50,170 bases of DNA from Spirochaetota bacterium (lineage in GTDB: Bacteria > Spirochaetota > UBA4802 > UBA5368). Shown here in pieces: positions 29,232 through 38,715 of this stretch. Location of the stretch: contig JADFDB010000003.1 in the NCBI GenBank assembly GCA_018263175.1, positions 1-50,170 on the forward strand, written 5' to 3'. Position 1 is the stretch's first letter; every line of letters starts with the position of its first letter. The notes beneath the pieces were generated by a model. The model ran no database searches. It worked only from the letters and a program-made list of their open reading frames with translations, and was not told where the DNA came from. Both the position numbers and the translations under genes were made by a program.

Positions 29232-30842
29232 ATGAAATCAAAAAACGATAAAAACCAGGTCATTATCTACGACACCACCCTCAGGGACGGCGCGCAGACC
29301 TTCGGCATTTCGTTCTCCCTGCACGACAAGATCCGCATTGCCCTCGAGATCGACCGTCTCAAAATCGATTATATCGAGGGCGGGTGGCCGGGGTCGAACC
29401 CCAAGGACGACATCTTCTTTTCCGAGATTCGAAAAACCGATATCAGCCACGCGAAGATCGCCGCCTTCGGCTCGACGAGGCGTCCGCGCACGAAGGCGAA
29501 GGACGACCCGTTTTTACAGGCGCTGGCCGGCTCCGGCGCCGACACCATCACCGTCGTCGCCAAGACCTGGGACTTCCACGTCACCGGTGCGCTCGGCATC
29601 GCGCTCGATGAGAACTTCGCGCTCATCTACGACACGATCGCCTACCTCAAGGATCTCGGCTTCGAGGTCTTCCTCGACGCAGAGCATTTTTTCGACGGCC
29701 ACCGGGCCAATCCCGATTTCGCCCTCGCGTGCATCGCAAAGGCCGCAGAGGCGGGCGCCGATATGCTCGTACTCTGCGACACCAACGGCGGCACGCTCCC
29801 CCACGAGATCGAGGCGGTCACGCGCGCCGTCGTTCAGTCGGTAAAGACCCCGCTTGGCGTCCATTTTCACAACGACGCCGGAGTCGCCGTCGCCAACTCC
29901 ATCGCCGCCGTGATGGCCGGCGCCCGGTCGGTGCAGGGCACCATGAACGGCTACGGCGAACGCTGCGGCAACTGCGACCTGACCTCATTCATCCCGAACC
30001 TCGTGCTCAAGATGGGACGTTCCTGCGCCGCCGCCTCAGCGCTCGGACACCTCACCGAGGTGAGCCGCTACGTCAGCGAGATCGCCAATCTCGCGCACAA
30101 CGAGCGCTCCCCCTACGTCGGCGACAACGCCTTCGCGCACAAGGGCGGCATACACGTTTCGGCCCTTAAAAAGGACACCTCCACCTACGAACACCTCGAT
30201 CCCGCGCTGGTCGGGAACAGGCGCAAGGTGCTCGTGTCCGAGCTCGCGGGCAAGAGCAACATCGAGTTCAAGGCTAAAGAGCTCGGCATCGAGCTCAAGG
30301 AGGGCCTCACGCTCCCGGCAAAAATCCTCAAGCAGATCAAGACCCTCGAGGACCAGGGCTTTCAGTTCGAGGCGGCCGAGGGCTCGTTCGAGCTCATCAT
30401 CCGCAGGGCAACGGGCGAATACCTTCCGTTCTTCAATCTGAAGGGCTTCCGGGTTATCACCGAAAAGAACGAGAAGAACGCCCTGAGCTGCGAGGCGACC
30501 ATCAGGGTCGAGGTGGGGGGCACCGTCGAACACACGGCCGCCAACGGCGACGGCCCGGTCGAGGCGCTCGACAATGCGCTTCGCAAGGCGCTCGAGAAAT
30601 TTTATCCGGAGATCGCGGAGATCCAGCTCACCGACTACAAGGTGCGCGTCCTCGACGAAAAGGCCGGAACCGGCGCCCCGGTCCGGGTGCTCATCGACCA
30701 GAAGCGCCGTGCCGCGCACTGGGGCACGGTCGGCGTTTCGGAAAACATCATCGAGGCGTCGTGGCAGGCGCTCGTGGACGGCATAGAGTACATGCTCTAT
30801 AAAAAGAAAACCTCCGGCGAACGGAAGGCCGTCGATGGATGA
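29232..30842 (+). CDS. cimA: Citramalate synthase
   Basis: DTTLRDGAQ, EGGWPGSNPKD, DAEHFFDG, HFHND and AFAHKGGIHVSA motifs plus the LeuA-type regulatory domain. Confidence 0.9.
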   Translation: MKSKNDKNQVIIYDTTLRDGAQTFGISFSLHDKIRIALEIDRLKIDYIEGGWPGSNPKDDIFFSEIRKTDISHAKIAAFGSTRRPRTKAKDDPFLQALAGSGADTITVVAKTWDFHVTGALGIALDENFALIYDTIAYLKDLGFEVFLDAEHFFDGHRANPDFALACIAKAAEAGADMLVLCDTNGGTLPHEIEAVTRAVVQSVKTPLGVHFHNDAGVAVANSIAAVMAGARSVQGTMNGYGERCGNCDLTSFIPNLVLKMGRSCAAASALGHLTEVSRYVSEIANLAHNERSPYVGDNAFAHKGGIHVSALKKDTSTYEHLDPALVGNRRKVLVSELAGKSNIEFKAKELGIELKEGLTLPAKILKQIKTLEDQGFQFEAAEGSFELIIRRATGEYLPFFNLKGFRVITEKNEKNALSCEATIRVEVGGTVEHTAANGDGPVEALDNALRKALEKFYPEIAEIQLTDYKVRVLDEKAGTGAPVRVLIDQKRRAAHWGTVGVSENIIEASWQALVDGIEYMLYKKKTSGERKAVDG

Positions 30843-31632
30843 CCGTCCCTTAGGCATATTCGATTCCGGTGTCGGCGGCCTGACTGTCTGCAAGGCCATC
30901 AGGGACCTTCTGCCGTCGGAGAACATCATCTATTTCGGCGACACCCTGCGCTTCCCGTACGGCACCCGCTCCATCGACACCGTAATCCGCTACTCGCGCG
31001 AGATAACGGACTACCTCGCATCGCGGGGCGTCAAGATGATCGTCGTCGCCTGCAACACCTCCTCGGCCGCGGCGCTCGAGGTTTTAAAGAAGGACTACCC
31101 GCTGCCCATAATCGGCGTCATCGAGGCCGGCGCCCGCGCCGCGTGCGCACGGGCATCCGGCGGCACCGTCGGCGTCATCGGCACGCGCGCCACCGTGAAC
31201 AGCGGCTCGTACGTGCGCGAGATACACAGGCTCTCCCCCGGCATGAACGTCGTCCAGCGGCACGCCACCATCTTCGTCTCCCTCACCGAGGAGGGGTGGA
31301 TCGACGATGAGATCACGCGCCTCGCAGCACGGCGCTACCTGCAGGAGATGTACGACGGCGGGGTCCGCAACCTCATCCTCGGGTGCACCCACTTCCCCCT
31401 GCTAAAAAAGGCCATCGCGGACGTCTTTCCCGACCTGGACCTCATCGACACGGGGATCGAGATCGCCCGCGAGGTGAGCACAATATTGAAGGAAAAAAGC
31501 CTTGAAAATCGGGGAGGCCATGGGGATATTGAGCTGTACGCCTCGGACCTTACCGACACCATCCAACGGCTCAAGTCCGTGTTCTTCGGCGACAACGGCT
31601 CAGAGATCAAAAAACTGGTTATTCCCGGCTGA
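30835..31632 (+). CDS. murI: Glutamate racemase
   Basis: FDSGVGGLTV, ACNT and LGCTHFP motifs. Confidence 0.96.
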   Translation: MDDRPLGIFDSGVGGLTVCKAIRDLLPSENIIYFGDTLRFPYGTRSIDTVIRYSREITDYLASRGVKMIVVACNTSSAAALEVLKKDYPLPIIGVIEAGARAACARASGGTVGVIGTRATVNSGSYVREIHRLSPGMNVVQRHATIFVSLTEEGWIDDEITRLAARRYLQEMYDGGVRNLILGCTHFPLLKKAIADVFPDLDLIDTGIEIAREVSTILKEKSLENRGGHGDIELYASDLTDTIQRLKSVFFGDNGSEIKKLVIPG

Positions 31633-31637
31633 GGGCA

Positions 31638-32597
31638 ATGAAAACACTAAAACACGCCGCACTCTTCGCGTTCATCGTGCTGGTCTCATCCTCCGCTTCC
31701 TATTCTTGGGAGCCCTTCGACCGGGTCATCGCCGTCGTCAACGACAGGCCCATCGTCGAAAGCGAGGTGGCCGGAAGATTGAGCCGCCTGCAGCAGAAGA
31801 AGAACGTGCCGCGGAACCGCCTCTCCTACGAGCGGAGCCGGCTGCTCGACCGCTTCATAGAGGACTCCATCGTACTGCAGGAGGCCGAACAGCAGTCCAT
31901 CGTCGTCAGCGACGAGAAGGTGACCAATCATATAAAAAAACTCATGGGCCGCATGAATATCGGTTCCATGGAAGATTTCAAGAAGCGCGTTGAAAAAGCC
32001 GAGAACGTCCCCTTCGACGAGTACAGGGAAGACGTCCGGAAATCGCTCATCACCGAGCAGGTAATGTCGCTCGCGATCGGCGTCTCGCCCCCCAGCCGCA
32101 GGGAGGCCATGGACTGGTACGACGCCAACAAGGCCAAGCTCGGCTTCGAGGTCAACGTCAAGCATATACTCATCCGCCCGAAGAACGCATCGCTCGGCGA
32201 GGAAAAGCGGGTGATCGCCGAGATCAACGTGCTGCGCCGGCGCATCGTCGGGGGCGAATCCTTCGAACAGATCGCCGCCGCCAACTCGGAAGATCCGGGC
32301 ACCGCCAAAAAGGGCGGCGCGCTCGGGTGGATGTCGCTTGCGGAACTGGACCCCTATTTCGCCAACCAGGTGTTCCGTATGAGCGACGGCCAGATCTCCG
32401 GCGCAATCAAGTCCGGATTCGGATACCATCTCGTCAAATTTCTCGGCAAACGGCCCGTTACCTTCGACTCGGTTGAGGACAGGATCGTCGGCATGCTTTT
32501 CCAGCAGAAGCTTGCCGAGCAGTTCACCAAATGGGTGGTTCAGCGCCGCAAGGAATCCGAGGTTCGAATCTACATGGAAGACTACGTAAAGGCATAG
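31638..32597 (+). CDS. surA: SurA-like periplasmic chaperone / parvulin PPIase
   Basis: Signal peptide, DRVIAVVN..PI SurA N-domain, HILI, SED...GG.LG and GYHLVK motifs. Confidence 0.85.
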   Translation: MKTLKHAALFAFIVLVSSSASYSWEPFDRVIAVVNDRPIVESEVAGRLSRLQQKKNVPRNRLSYERSRLLDRFIEDSIVLQEAEQQSIVVSDEKVTNHIKKLMGRMNIGSMEDFKKRVEKAENVPFDEYREDVRKSLITEQVMSLAIGVSPPSRREAMDWYDANKAKLGFEVNVKHILIRPKNASLGEEKRVIAEINVLRRRIVGGESFEQIAAANSEDPGTAKKGGALGWMSLAELDPYFANQVFRMSDGQISGAIKSGFGYHLVKFLGKRPVTFDSVEDRIVGMLFQQKLAEQFTKWVVQRRKESEVRIYMEDYVKA

Positions 32598-32606
32598 GGG
32601 GCCGCG

Positions 32607-34091
32607 GTGAGAGTCGATGTACTGCTCCATATAGACGACGGCCTCGCCGACGCGGACCTCACCGTGTCCGGGGAGTTCGTCCCCGAAGCGCTGCAGAGCG
32701 CCCTATCGGTCCTCGATGCCGTCACGAGCGTCCACATCTCGGCGCCCCCGTCGTATGCCGGCGTGCTGACCGGCAAACCGGGGTTCCGCGTACGAACCGA
32801 CCGCGACGACATCGCCTTCTGGAAACGACTCTTTGCCGAGACCGGCGCGGACCATATCGCGCTCGTTTACGCCGACTCGCCGTTTCTCGACCCCGACATC
32901 ATACGGGACATGCTCGATGTCCATCTGCGCTACCTTGCCGAGTTCACCTATTCCGAGAACCTCCCGCGCGGCTATTCCTGCGAAATCATCGCGCACGAGC
33001 TCGTCAGGTCGGTGCCAGAATCCAACGCCGCCATGCTTCCGCTCTCCGAGGTCGTCCGCTCGAACATCAATCAGTTCGACGTGGAGCTGTATTACCGCGA
33101 CCCCGACATCAGGGAAAAGCGGCTCTCCTTCCGCTCCGGCGACCGGCGTGAACGGCGCGTCATCGAAAACATCCTCTCCATCACCGGTAAAAAACCTCCG
33201 TATGCGCGCATCGGCGAAATCATCAACGCGAACCCGCAGGTGCTCTGCGTCGGACCGTCATATCTCGAGATAGAGCTCAGCGGGCGCTGTGAGCTCGACT
33301 GCGTGTTCTGCTTCCGGAAAAAGCTCGCGGCCGAACACGGCGACATGGAGCCAGCGGTCTTCGAGCGTCTCCTCGAGGGACTTTCTTCCTTCGGCCTCCC
33401 CTACTCGCTCTGTTTCGGGGGCTCGGGCGAACCGCTCATGCACGGCTCGTTCTACGAGCTCAGCTCCCGCGCCCTCAGGGAACCGCTCCTCAAAAACCTC
33501 GTCGTCGAGACCAACGGACTGCTCGCGGGAGAGAACCTCGCCTCCTTCGTTCGCTCGGCCGGCGACGCGCGGCTCCGCTTCATCGTCAACCTTAACGCAA
33601 TCGATCCGTCCACCTACGCGGCGCTCCACGGATCGGACCACTTCGACCAGGTGAACCGCAATGTGCTCTCGCTCAGGGAGGCCCTTGGCGGAGCGGAAAG
33701 CCTCTACGTGCAGATACTGAAGATCAACGAAACGGAGCCCTTCCTGGACCGCTATTACGATGCCTGGGAAAAGAATGGCGTTCCGATCATCCTACAGAAG
33801 CAAAACACCTTTCTCGGCATGATCGAGGACCGCCGCTACAGCGACCTGTCCCCGCTCGACAGAATCCCCTGCTGGCACCTTCAGCGCGACTGCTACGTTC
33901 TCTCGGACGGCCGCGTCGGCTTCTGCCGACAGGACGTCGACGGCGTCTTCGCCCGCGGCACGCTCGCGGACGAGACGCTTCAGGCCATCTGGGAAAAATC
34001 ACTGCAATCATTCGTGCAGGACTACAGGGGAGAGTTGGCCTCCCGGCCCGATTGCCGCTCCTGCGACGAATGGTACACCTTCAACCTCTAA
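32607..34091 (+). CDS. Spiro-SPASM protein (cytidylyltransferase-like + radical SAM + SPASM)
   Basis: N-terminal ADSPFLD..Y.ENLP.G, central CELDCVFC and GGSGEP, C-terminal PCWHL.RD...G....C..D...C..CDEW. Confidence 0.88.
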   Translation: MRVDVLLHIDDGLADADLTVSGEFVPEALQSALSVLDAVTSVHISAPPSYAGVLTGKPGFRVRTDRDDIAFWKRLFAETGADHIALVYADSPFLDPDIIRDMLDVHLRYLAEFTYSENLPRGYSCEIIAHELVRSVPESNAAMLPLSEVVRSNINQFDVELYYRDPDIREKRLSFRSGDRRERRVIENILSITGKKPPYARIGEIINANPQVLCVGPSYLEIELSGRCELDCVFCFRKKLAAEHGDMEPAVFERLLEGLSSFGLPYSLCFGGSGEPLMHGSFYELSSRALREPLLKNLVVETNGLLAGENLASFVRSAGDARLRFIVNLNAIDPSTYAALHGSDHFDQVNRNVLSLREALGGAESLYVQILKINETEPFLDRYYDAWEKNGVPIILQKQNTFLGMIEDRRYSDLSPLDRIPCWHLQRDCYVLSDGRVGFCRQDVDGVFARGTLADETLQAIWEKSLQSFVQDYRGELASRPDCRSCDEWYTFNL

Positions 34092-34115
34092 TTAACGCTC
34101 ACAGGAAAAAAACCA

Positions 34116-34898
34116 ATGGTTGTAAATGGAGTCGTAAACGGCAAAAAGCTCAAGCCGCGCGTCACCGCGGTAATCCAGGCGCGGATGCAGTCGAAGCGCC
34201 TCCCCGGCAAGGCGATGCTCGAGCTTGCGGGCACTCCGCTCCTCGCCCACGTCATCGACCGGACCCAGCGCATAGACGGCGTCGAGACCGTCGTCGTCGC
34301 CACGAGCATCGGCGAGGAGAACGCGCCCATCATCGAGCTCGCCCGTTCGATGAGCGCGGGCATCTTCGTGGGATCGATTGAAAACGTGCTCGAACGCTAT
34401 TACCTCTCCGCCCTCGAATTCGGCGGCGACTACATCGTACGCGTCACCGGCGACAATCCGTTCACCGATCCCGAATACGCCTCGATGGCCGTCGAGATAG
34501 CGCTCGAATCCGCCGCCGACCTCTGCTCACTCTCCAATCTGCCGCTCGGCACGGCCGTGGAGATCATCAAGCGCGAGGCCCTCGAGGAGGCCTACCGGCA
34601 GAACAGCAAGCCCTATCACCGCGAGCACGTAACGCCGTACCTCAAGGAACACCCGGAGCTCTTCCGCATCGAGCGGCCCGCGGTAAACATAAAGAACCCC
34701 TTCCCCGGCCTGCGCCTGACGGTCGACACCGAAGAGGATTTTCGGCTTGCCGCGACCCTCTATGAAAATCTCTACCACGGGGAGGTGTTCCCCCTTGCGG
34801 ACGTCATCCAGTATGTAAAGAAGCACCCCGAAATAGCCGCCCTGAACGCGGAGGTACGCCAGCGCCCCATGCACCACGCGGAGAGCGGGAATGCCTGA
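34116..34898 (+). CDS. SpsF-like cytidylyltransferase
   Basis: IQARM.S.RLPGK, VRVTGDNP, REHVTPY and RLTVDT.ED motifs. Confidence 0.9.
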   Translation: MVVNGVVNGKKLKPRVTAVIQARMQSKRLPGKAMLELAGTPLLAHVIDRTQRIDGVETVVVATSIGEENAPIIELARSMSAGIFVGSIENVLERYYLSALEFGGDYIVRVTGDNPFTDPEYASMAVEIALESAADLCSLSNLPLGTAVEIIKREALEEAYRQNSKPYHREHVTPYLKEHPELFRIERPAVNIKNPFPGLRLTVDTEEDFRLAATLYENLYHGEVFPLADVIQYVKKHPEIAALNAEVRQRPMHHAESGNA

Positions 34899-35802
34899 TC
34901 CGCTGATCGCCATCCTCACCGGATGGGACGGCCCGCTCGGCCGCGGCCACGTCCAGCGGATGGCATCACTGCTCGATCATCTCGTCGGCACTGCTGGCAT
35001 GCGCGCGACGCTGATTGCCCGCGCCTGTCCCGATTTTTTTCCCGACAGACTGCGCCGCCACGTTCGGCCCGAACCCGAGGGCCGCGTTTCGCTCTTCGTT
35101 CGCGACATGCGCGACTCGTCCGTCGACGATATCCGCCGATTGCAAGCGTCTGCCCCCGTGCTCTGCGTCGACGACCTCGGCCCCGGGCGCGAGATCGCCG
35201 ACCGCGCGATCGACCTGCTCCCCAATCCCGTTCAACCGGCCCGCCGGGGCGACCCCGGGCTTTTCCTTCACGGCTACGGCTTTCGTTCTGCGCTCGAAAA
35301 ACTCGGCGACGCCGTCGTCGAGAAGACTCTCGACTACACGCTCTACGCCGGTGCATCTCCGGCCGATGAATACGTTGATTTTCTCGTTTCGCTGCTTCCG
35401 GCTGACGCGCGCTTCGCCGTGTTTCGGGGAGCCGGATCGTTCATGCGCGACGGCACGTCGACCACGGCGCTCGGGCGTGATGACTACGCCGGTCTCATCC
35501 TCGCCTCCAGGGTGCTCGTCTCGCACTTCGGCATCGCCCTCTATGAGGCCCGCGCGGCGGCCTGCCGCCCGGTCGCGATCAACCCCTCGGAATACCATTC
35601 GCGTCTCTGCGACATCGCCCCCGCCGAACTCGGCATCGTCAACCTCGGAACGCGCGACGCACTCGCCCCGGCGGCCGCGGCGGCCGCCATCCGCGGCGCG
35701 GCCGCCGGGGCGCCGCTTACGGCGGTCTCGGCCGCGGCGGTCTGCACCGCCGCGCGAGAAAATCTTGACAGGTTCTCGGGCCTGCTCAGAACTATGATCT
35801 GA
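34891..35802 (+). CDS. SpsG/PseG-like GT-B fold protein (divergent)
   Basis: N-terminal G.LG.GHVQR motif, VDD, SHFG..LYE; overlaps the spsF stop. Confidence 0.65.
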   Translation: MPDPLIAILTGWDGPLGRGHVQRMASLLDHLVGTAGMRATLIARACPDFFPDRLRRHVRPEPEGRVSLFVRDMRDSSVDDIRRLQASAPVLCVDDLGPGREIADRAIDLLPNPVQPARRGDPGLFLHGYGFRSALEKLGDAVVEKTLDYTLYAGASPADEYVDFLVSLLPADARFAVFRGAGSFMRDGTSTTALGRDDYAGLILASRVLVSHFGIALYEARAAACRPVAINPSEYHSRLCDIAPAELGIVNLGTRDALAPAAAAAAIRGAAAGAPLTAVSAAAVCTAARENLDRFSGLLRTMI

Positions 35803-35884
35803 GGACCGGGTACGGGGACGCGGGCGGCATCGCCGCGCTCCGTCCGGCCCGAAAACGGATCATCCGCGCAAGAGGAGCAGTCAG

Positions 35885-37816
35885 ATGGGCGACAACGTCG
35901 TTTACAAGATACTGAAAGACCACCTCGTCGAGGGAGAACTCATTCCGGGAAGCGAGATCGGCATACGCATCGACCAGACGCTCACGCAGGACGCCACGGG
36001 CACCATGGCCTATCTGCAGTTCGAGGCCATGGACATCCCGCGCGTCAGGACCGAGGTCTCCGTCTCCTATGTCGACCACAACACGCTCCAGACCGGCTTC
36101 GAGAACCCCGACGACCACCGCTACCTTCAGACCATGAACTCGAATTACGGTATCCACTACTCCCGCGCCGGAAACGGCATCTGCCACCAGGTGCATCTCG
36201 AGCGCTTCGGGCGGCCCGGCGCGACGCTCCTCGGTTCGGATTCGCACACGCCGACCGGCGGCGGAATCGGCATGATCGCGATCGGCGCCGGCGGCCTCGA
36301 CGTAGCGGTGGCGATGGGCGGCGGGCCGTTTTTCCTTGCCTGTCCCCGCGTGGTGAACGTGCGCCTCGCCGGCCGGCTCCGCCCCTGGGCGAGCGCCAAG
36401 GACGTCATCCTTCAGGTGCTTTCGATCCTTACGACGCGGGGCAATGTCGGCACCATGATCGAGTACACGGGCCCCGGCGTGGCGACGCTCACGGTTCCCG
36501 AACGCGCCACGATCACCAACATGGGAGCGGAGCTCGGCGTAACCACGTCCGTTTTCCCGAGCGACGATAGTACCCGCGGCTTCCTTCGCGCGCAGGGACG
36601 GGAGGAAGTCTGGCGCGAGGTCCTGCCCGATCCCGGCGCAGGCTACGAGCGCACCATCGAGATCGACCTTGCGAAGATCGAGCCGATGATCGCCTGTCCC
36701 CATTCGCCCGACAATATCCGAAAAATATCCGAACTCAAGGGGATGAAGATAGATCAGGTCGCCATCGGCAGCTGTACCAATTCCTCGTACCGCGACCTCG
36801 CCGTCGTCGCGGCCATCCTCAAGGGACGCACGGTGCATCCCGACCTGAGCCTCGTCATCGCGCCCGGCTCGCGCCAGGTCTTCGAGATGATCGCGCGCGA
36901 CGGCTCGCTCGCCGACATGATCGCCGCCGGTGCCCGCATTATGGAGTCGGCCTGCGGGTTCTGCATCGGCGCGGGCCAGGCCCCGCAAACGGGGGGCGTG
37001 TCGCTTCGCACCAATAACCGCAACTTCGAGGGACGCTCCGGCACCGGATCCGCACAGGTGTACCTCGTGAGCCCGGAGAGTGCGGCCCTTTCGGCGCTCG
37101 CCGGCGAGCTCGTCGACCCTCTGGATATGAAGGCGGACGTGTACCCGGCCGTGGCCGGTCCGACATCCTTCATCATCGACGACAGTATGATTATAGCGCC
37201 GTCTGGCAAAACGACGCCCATCTTCCGGGGTCCCAATATCGGCGACCCTCCCTATACCGGCCCGCTCGCCGACGCGATCAGGGGCGTGGTTCAGTTGAAG
37301 CTTGGCGACAAGATCACGACGGACCACATCATGCCCGCCGGCGCGCGCCTCATCTACCGCTCCAACATTCCTAAATACGCCGAATACGTCTTCGAGAACG
37401 TCGACCCGGCATTCCCCGCCCGCGCGCTCGAGGCGAAGGCGCGGGGACGCTACACCGCAATCCTCGGAGGGCACAGCTATGGCCAGGGATCCAGCCGCGA
37501 ACATGCGGCGATCTGCCCGATGTACCTCGGTGTCCGCATCGTCATGGCTAAATCCTTCGAGCGCATCCACGCGGCGAACCTCGTGAACTTCGGCGTACTG
37601 CCGCTCGTGTTCGCGAACGAGAACGATTACGAGCTCATCGAGCAGGGACAGGAGTTCGAGGCGACGGGACTCCTTTCGCTCATTGCGGGAGAAGGCCGTC
37701 TCGGCATACGGATCGGGGGGAAGGAGCTCGAATTCGAGCTTCAGGCCACGCGCCGCCAGCGCGAGATCCTCGTGGAGGGGGGGCTTTTAAACTATACGCG
37801 CTCCCGCATGCAGTAA
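35885..37816 (+). CDS. Aconitate hydratase (short, single-chain type)
   Basis: TQDATGT, DHN, GICHQV, DSHT, IGSCTNSS, CGFCIG, NRNFEGR and GSSREHA motifs. Confidence 0.92.
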   Translation: MGDNVVYKILKDHLVEGELIPGSEIGIRIDQTLTQDATGTMAYLQFEAMDIPRVRTEVSVSYVDHNTLQTGFENPDDHRYLQTMNSNYGIHYSRAGNGICHQVHLERFGRPGATLLGSDSHTPTGGGIGMIAIGAGGLDVAVAMGGGPFFLACPRVVNVRLAGRLRPWASAKDVILQVLSILTTRGNVGTMIEYTGPGVATLTVPERATITNMGAELGVTTSVFPSDDSTRGFLRAQGREEVWREVLPDPGAGYERTIEIDLAKIEPMIACPHSPDNIRKISELKGMKIDQVAIGSCTNSSYRDLAVVAAILKGRTVHPDLSLVIAPGSRQVFEMIARDGSLADMIAAGARIMESACGFCIGAGQAPQTGGVSLRTNNRNFEGRSGTGSAQVYLVSPESAALSALAGELVDPLDMKADVYPAVAGPTSFIIDDSMIIAPSGKTTPIFRGPNIGDPPYTGPLADAIRGVVQLKLGDKITTDHIMPAGARLIYRSNIPKYAEYVFENVDPAFPARALEAKARGRYTAILGGHSYGQGSSREHAAICPMYLGVRIVMAKSFERIHAANLVNFGVLPLVFANENDYELIEQGQEFEATGLLSLIAGEGRLGIRIGGKELEFELQATRRQREILVEGGLLNYTRSRMQ

Positions 37817-38398
37817 CGGCAGGCGGGCGCCGTCGGGTATGACGTCGATGATCTTGACATTGACCGAACAGAAGGGGAGCCAGCCCTTTCTCTCGGCCTT
37901 GTCGTGCGATATGACGAGGTGCGGCATATACTCGGGCTCAAACGGCTCCCGAAGCAGCGCCCAGCCGATCTCGTCCAGAAGCCGGTTTCCCTTTCTGCTG
38001 TTGCACCACCTGCACGCGCACACCAGGTTCTTCCAGCTCGCGAAGTCGTCGTTGAGTCCCCTGCCGGTAATCGACTCCCATCGGCTGCGGGGGATGACGT
38101 GGTCGACCGTAAGCTCCTTCATCGAGTAGCGGCGCCCGCAGTACTGGCAGGCCATGTCGTCGCGGTAGATGACGTTAAGCTTGGAAAAAGCCACCCGCTT
38201 CCTCGGGAAGCTGCTGTAGCCGACAACGGAGATCACCGAGGGAATGCGTATCGACAGGGACGGAGAGCGCACGTACCGGTCTTCCTCGATTACGGGCACC
38301 GCCTTCTCGGACGTAAGCAGGCATACCGCCTCCTTCACCGAGGTGATCCGGATGGGAATGAATCCCGCGTTGAGCACCAGCACTTCCGAGGTCAGCAT
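37787..38398 (-). CDS. HNH endonuclease (McrA/COG1403-like)
   Basis: VLVLNA.F.P, RD...CQYCG, TVDHVIPRSR, W.NLV.AC..CN..K motifs. Confidence 0.92.
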   Translation of the reverse strand: MLTSEVLVLNAGFIPIRITSVKEAVCLLTSEKAVPVIEEDRYVRSPSLSIRIPSVISVVGYSSFPRKRVAFSKLNVIYRDDMACQYCGRRYSMKELTVDHVIPRSRWESITGRGLNDDFASWKNLVCACRWCNSRKGNRLLDEIGWALLREPFEPEYMPHLVISHDKAERKGWLPFCSVNVKIIDVIPDGARLPLLHAGARIV

Positions 38399-38419
38399 CG
38401 CAATCCGTCTCGTCACGTT

Positions 38420-38453
38420 AAAAGTAAAAACCCATAGCTTTCGCTATGGGTTT
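38420..38453 (-). terminator. Intrinsic terminator in the HNH leader
   Basis: Minus strand AAACCCATAGC-GAAA-GCTATGGGTTT followed by TTACTTTT, about 20 nt before the HNH start. Confidence 0.75.
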
Positions 38454-38495
38454 GCGCTTCGCACCGTTTCAGGTTTTTCGTTCCGTTTTTTTCGT

Positions 38496-38540
38496 TTACT
38501 CATCGACTCCATGGCATACACCCGCCTCAATGAGCGCCAT
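38496..38540 (-). CDS. Putative leader peptide MALIEAGVCHGVDE
   Basis: GGAGG SD 7 nt before ATG; lies between a TTGACA box (38581-38576) and the terminator. Confidence 0.35.
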   Translation of the reverse strand: MALIEAGVCHGVDE

Positions 38541-38715
38541 ACGACAGCCTCCAATAATTAAAACTTTGCCCGATTTGTCAAGTTATTTTTTACCGCATCG
38601 AATTCACAACTTCGCTGAATTCATTTGCCGTGGCGGGAATTTTTTCTTGAAAGATTTCGTTTCTTACCGTAAGCTCGGACAGTCGACGAACACCTCACAG
38701 GCACAGGGAAATAAA

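Noticed and set aside
37787-38398. HNH as IscB/Cas9-like or group I/II intron-encoded nuclease
   Set aside because: Only ~200 aa, with no RuvC, PLMP or RT motifs, and not inside an interrupted gene.
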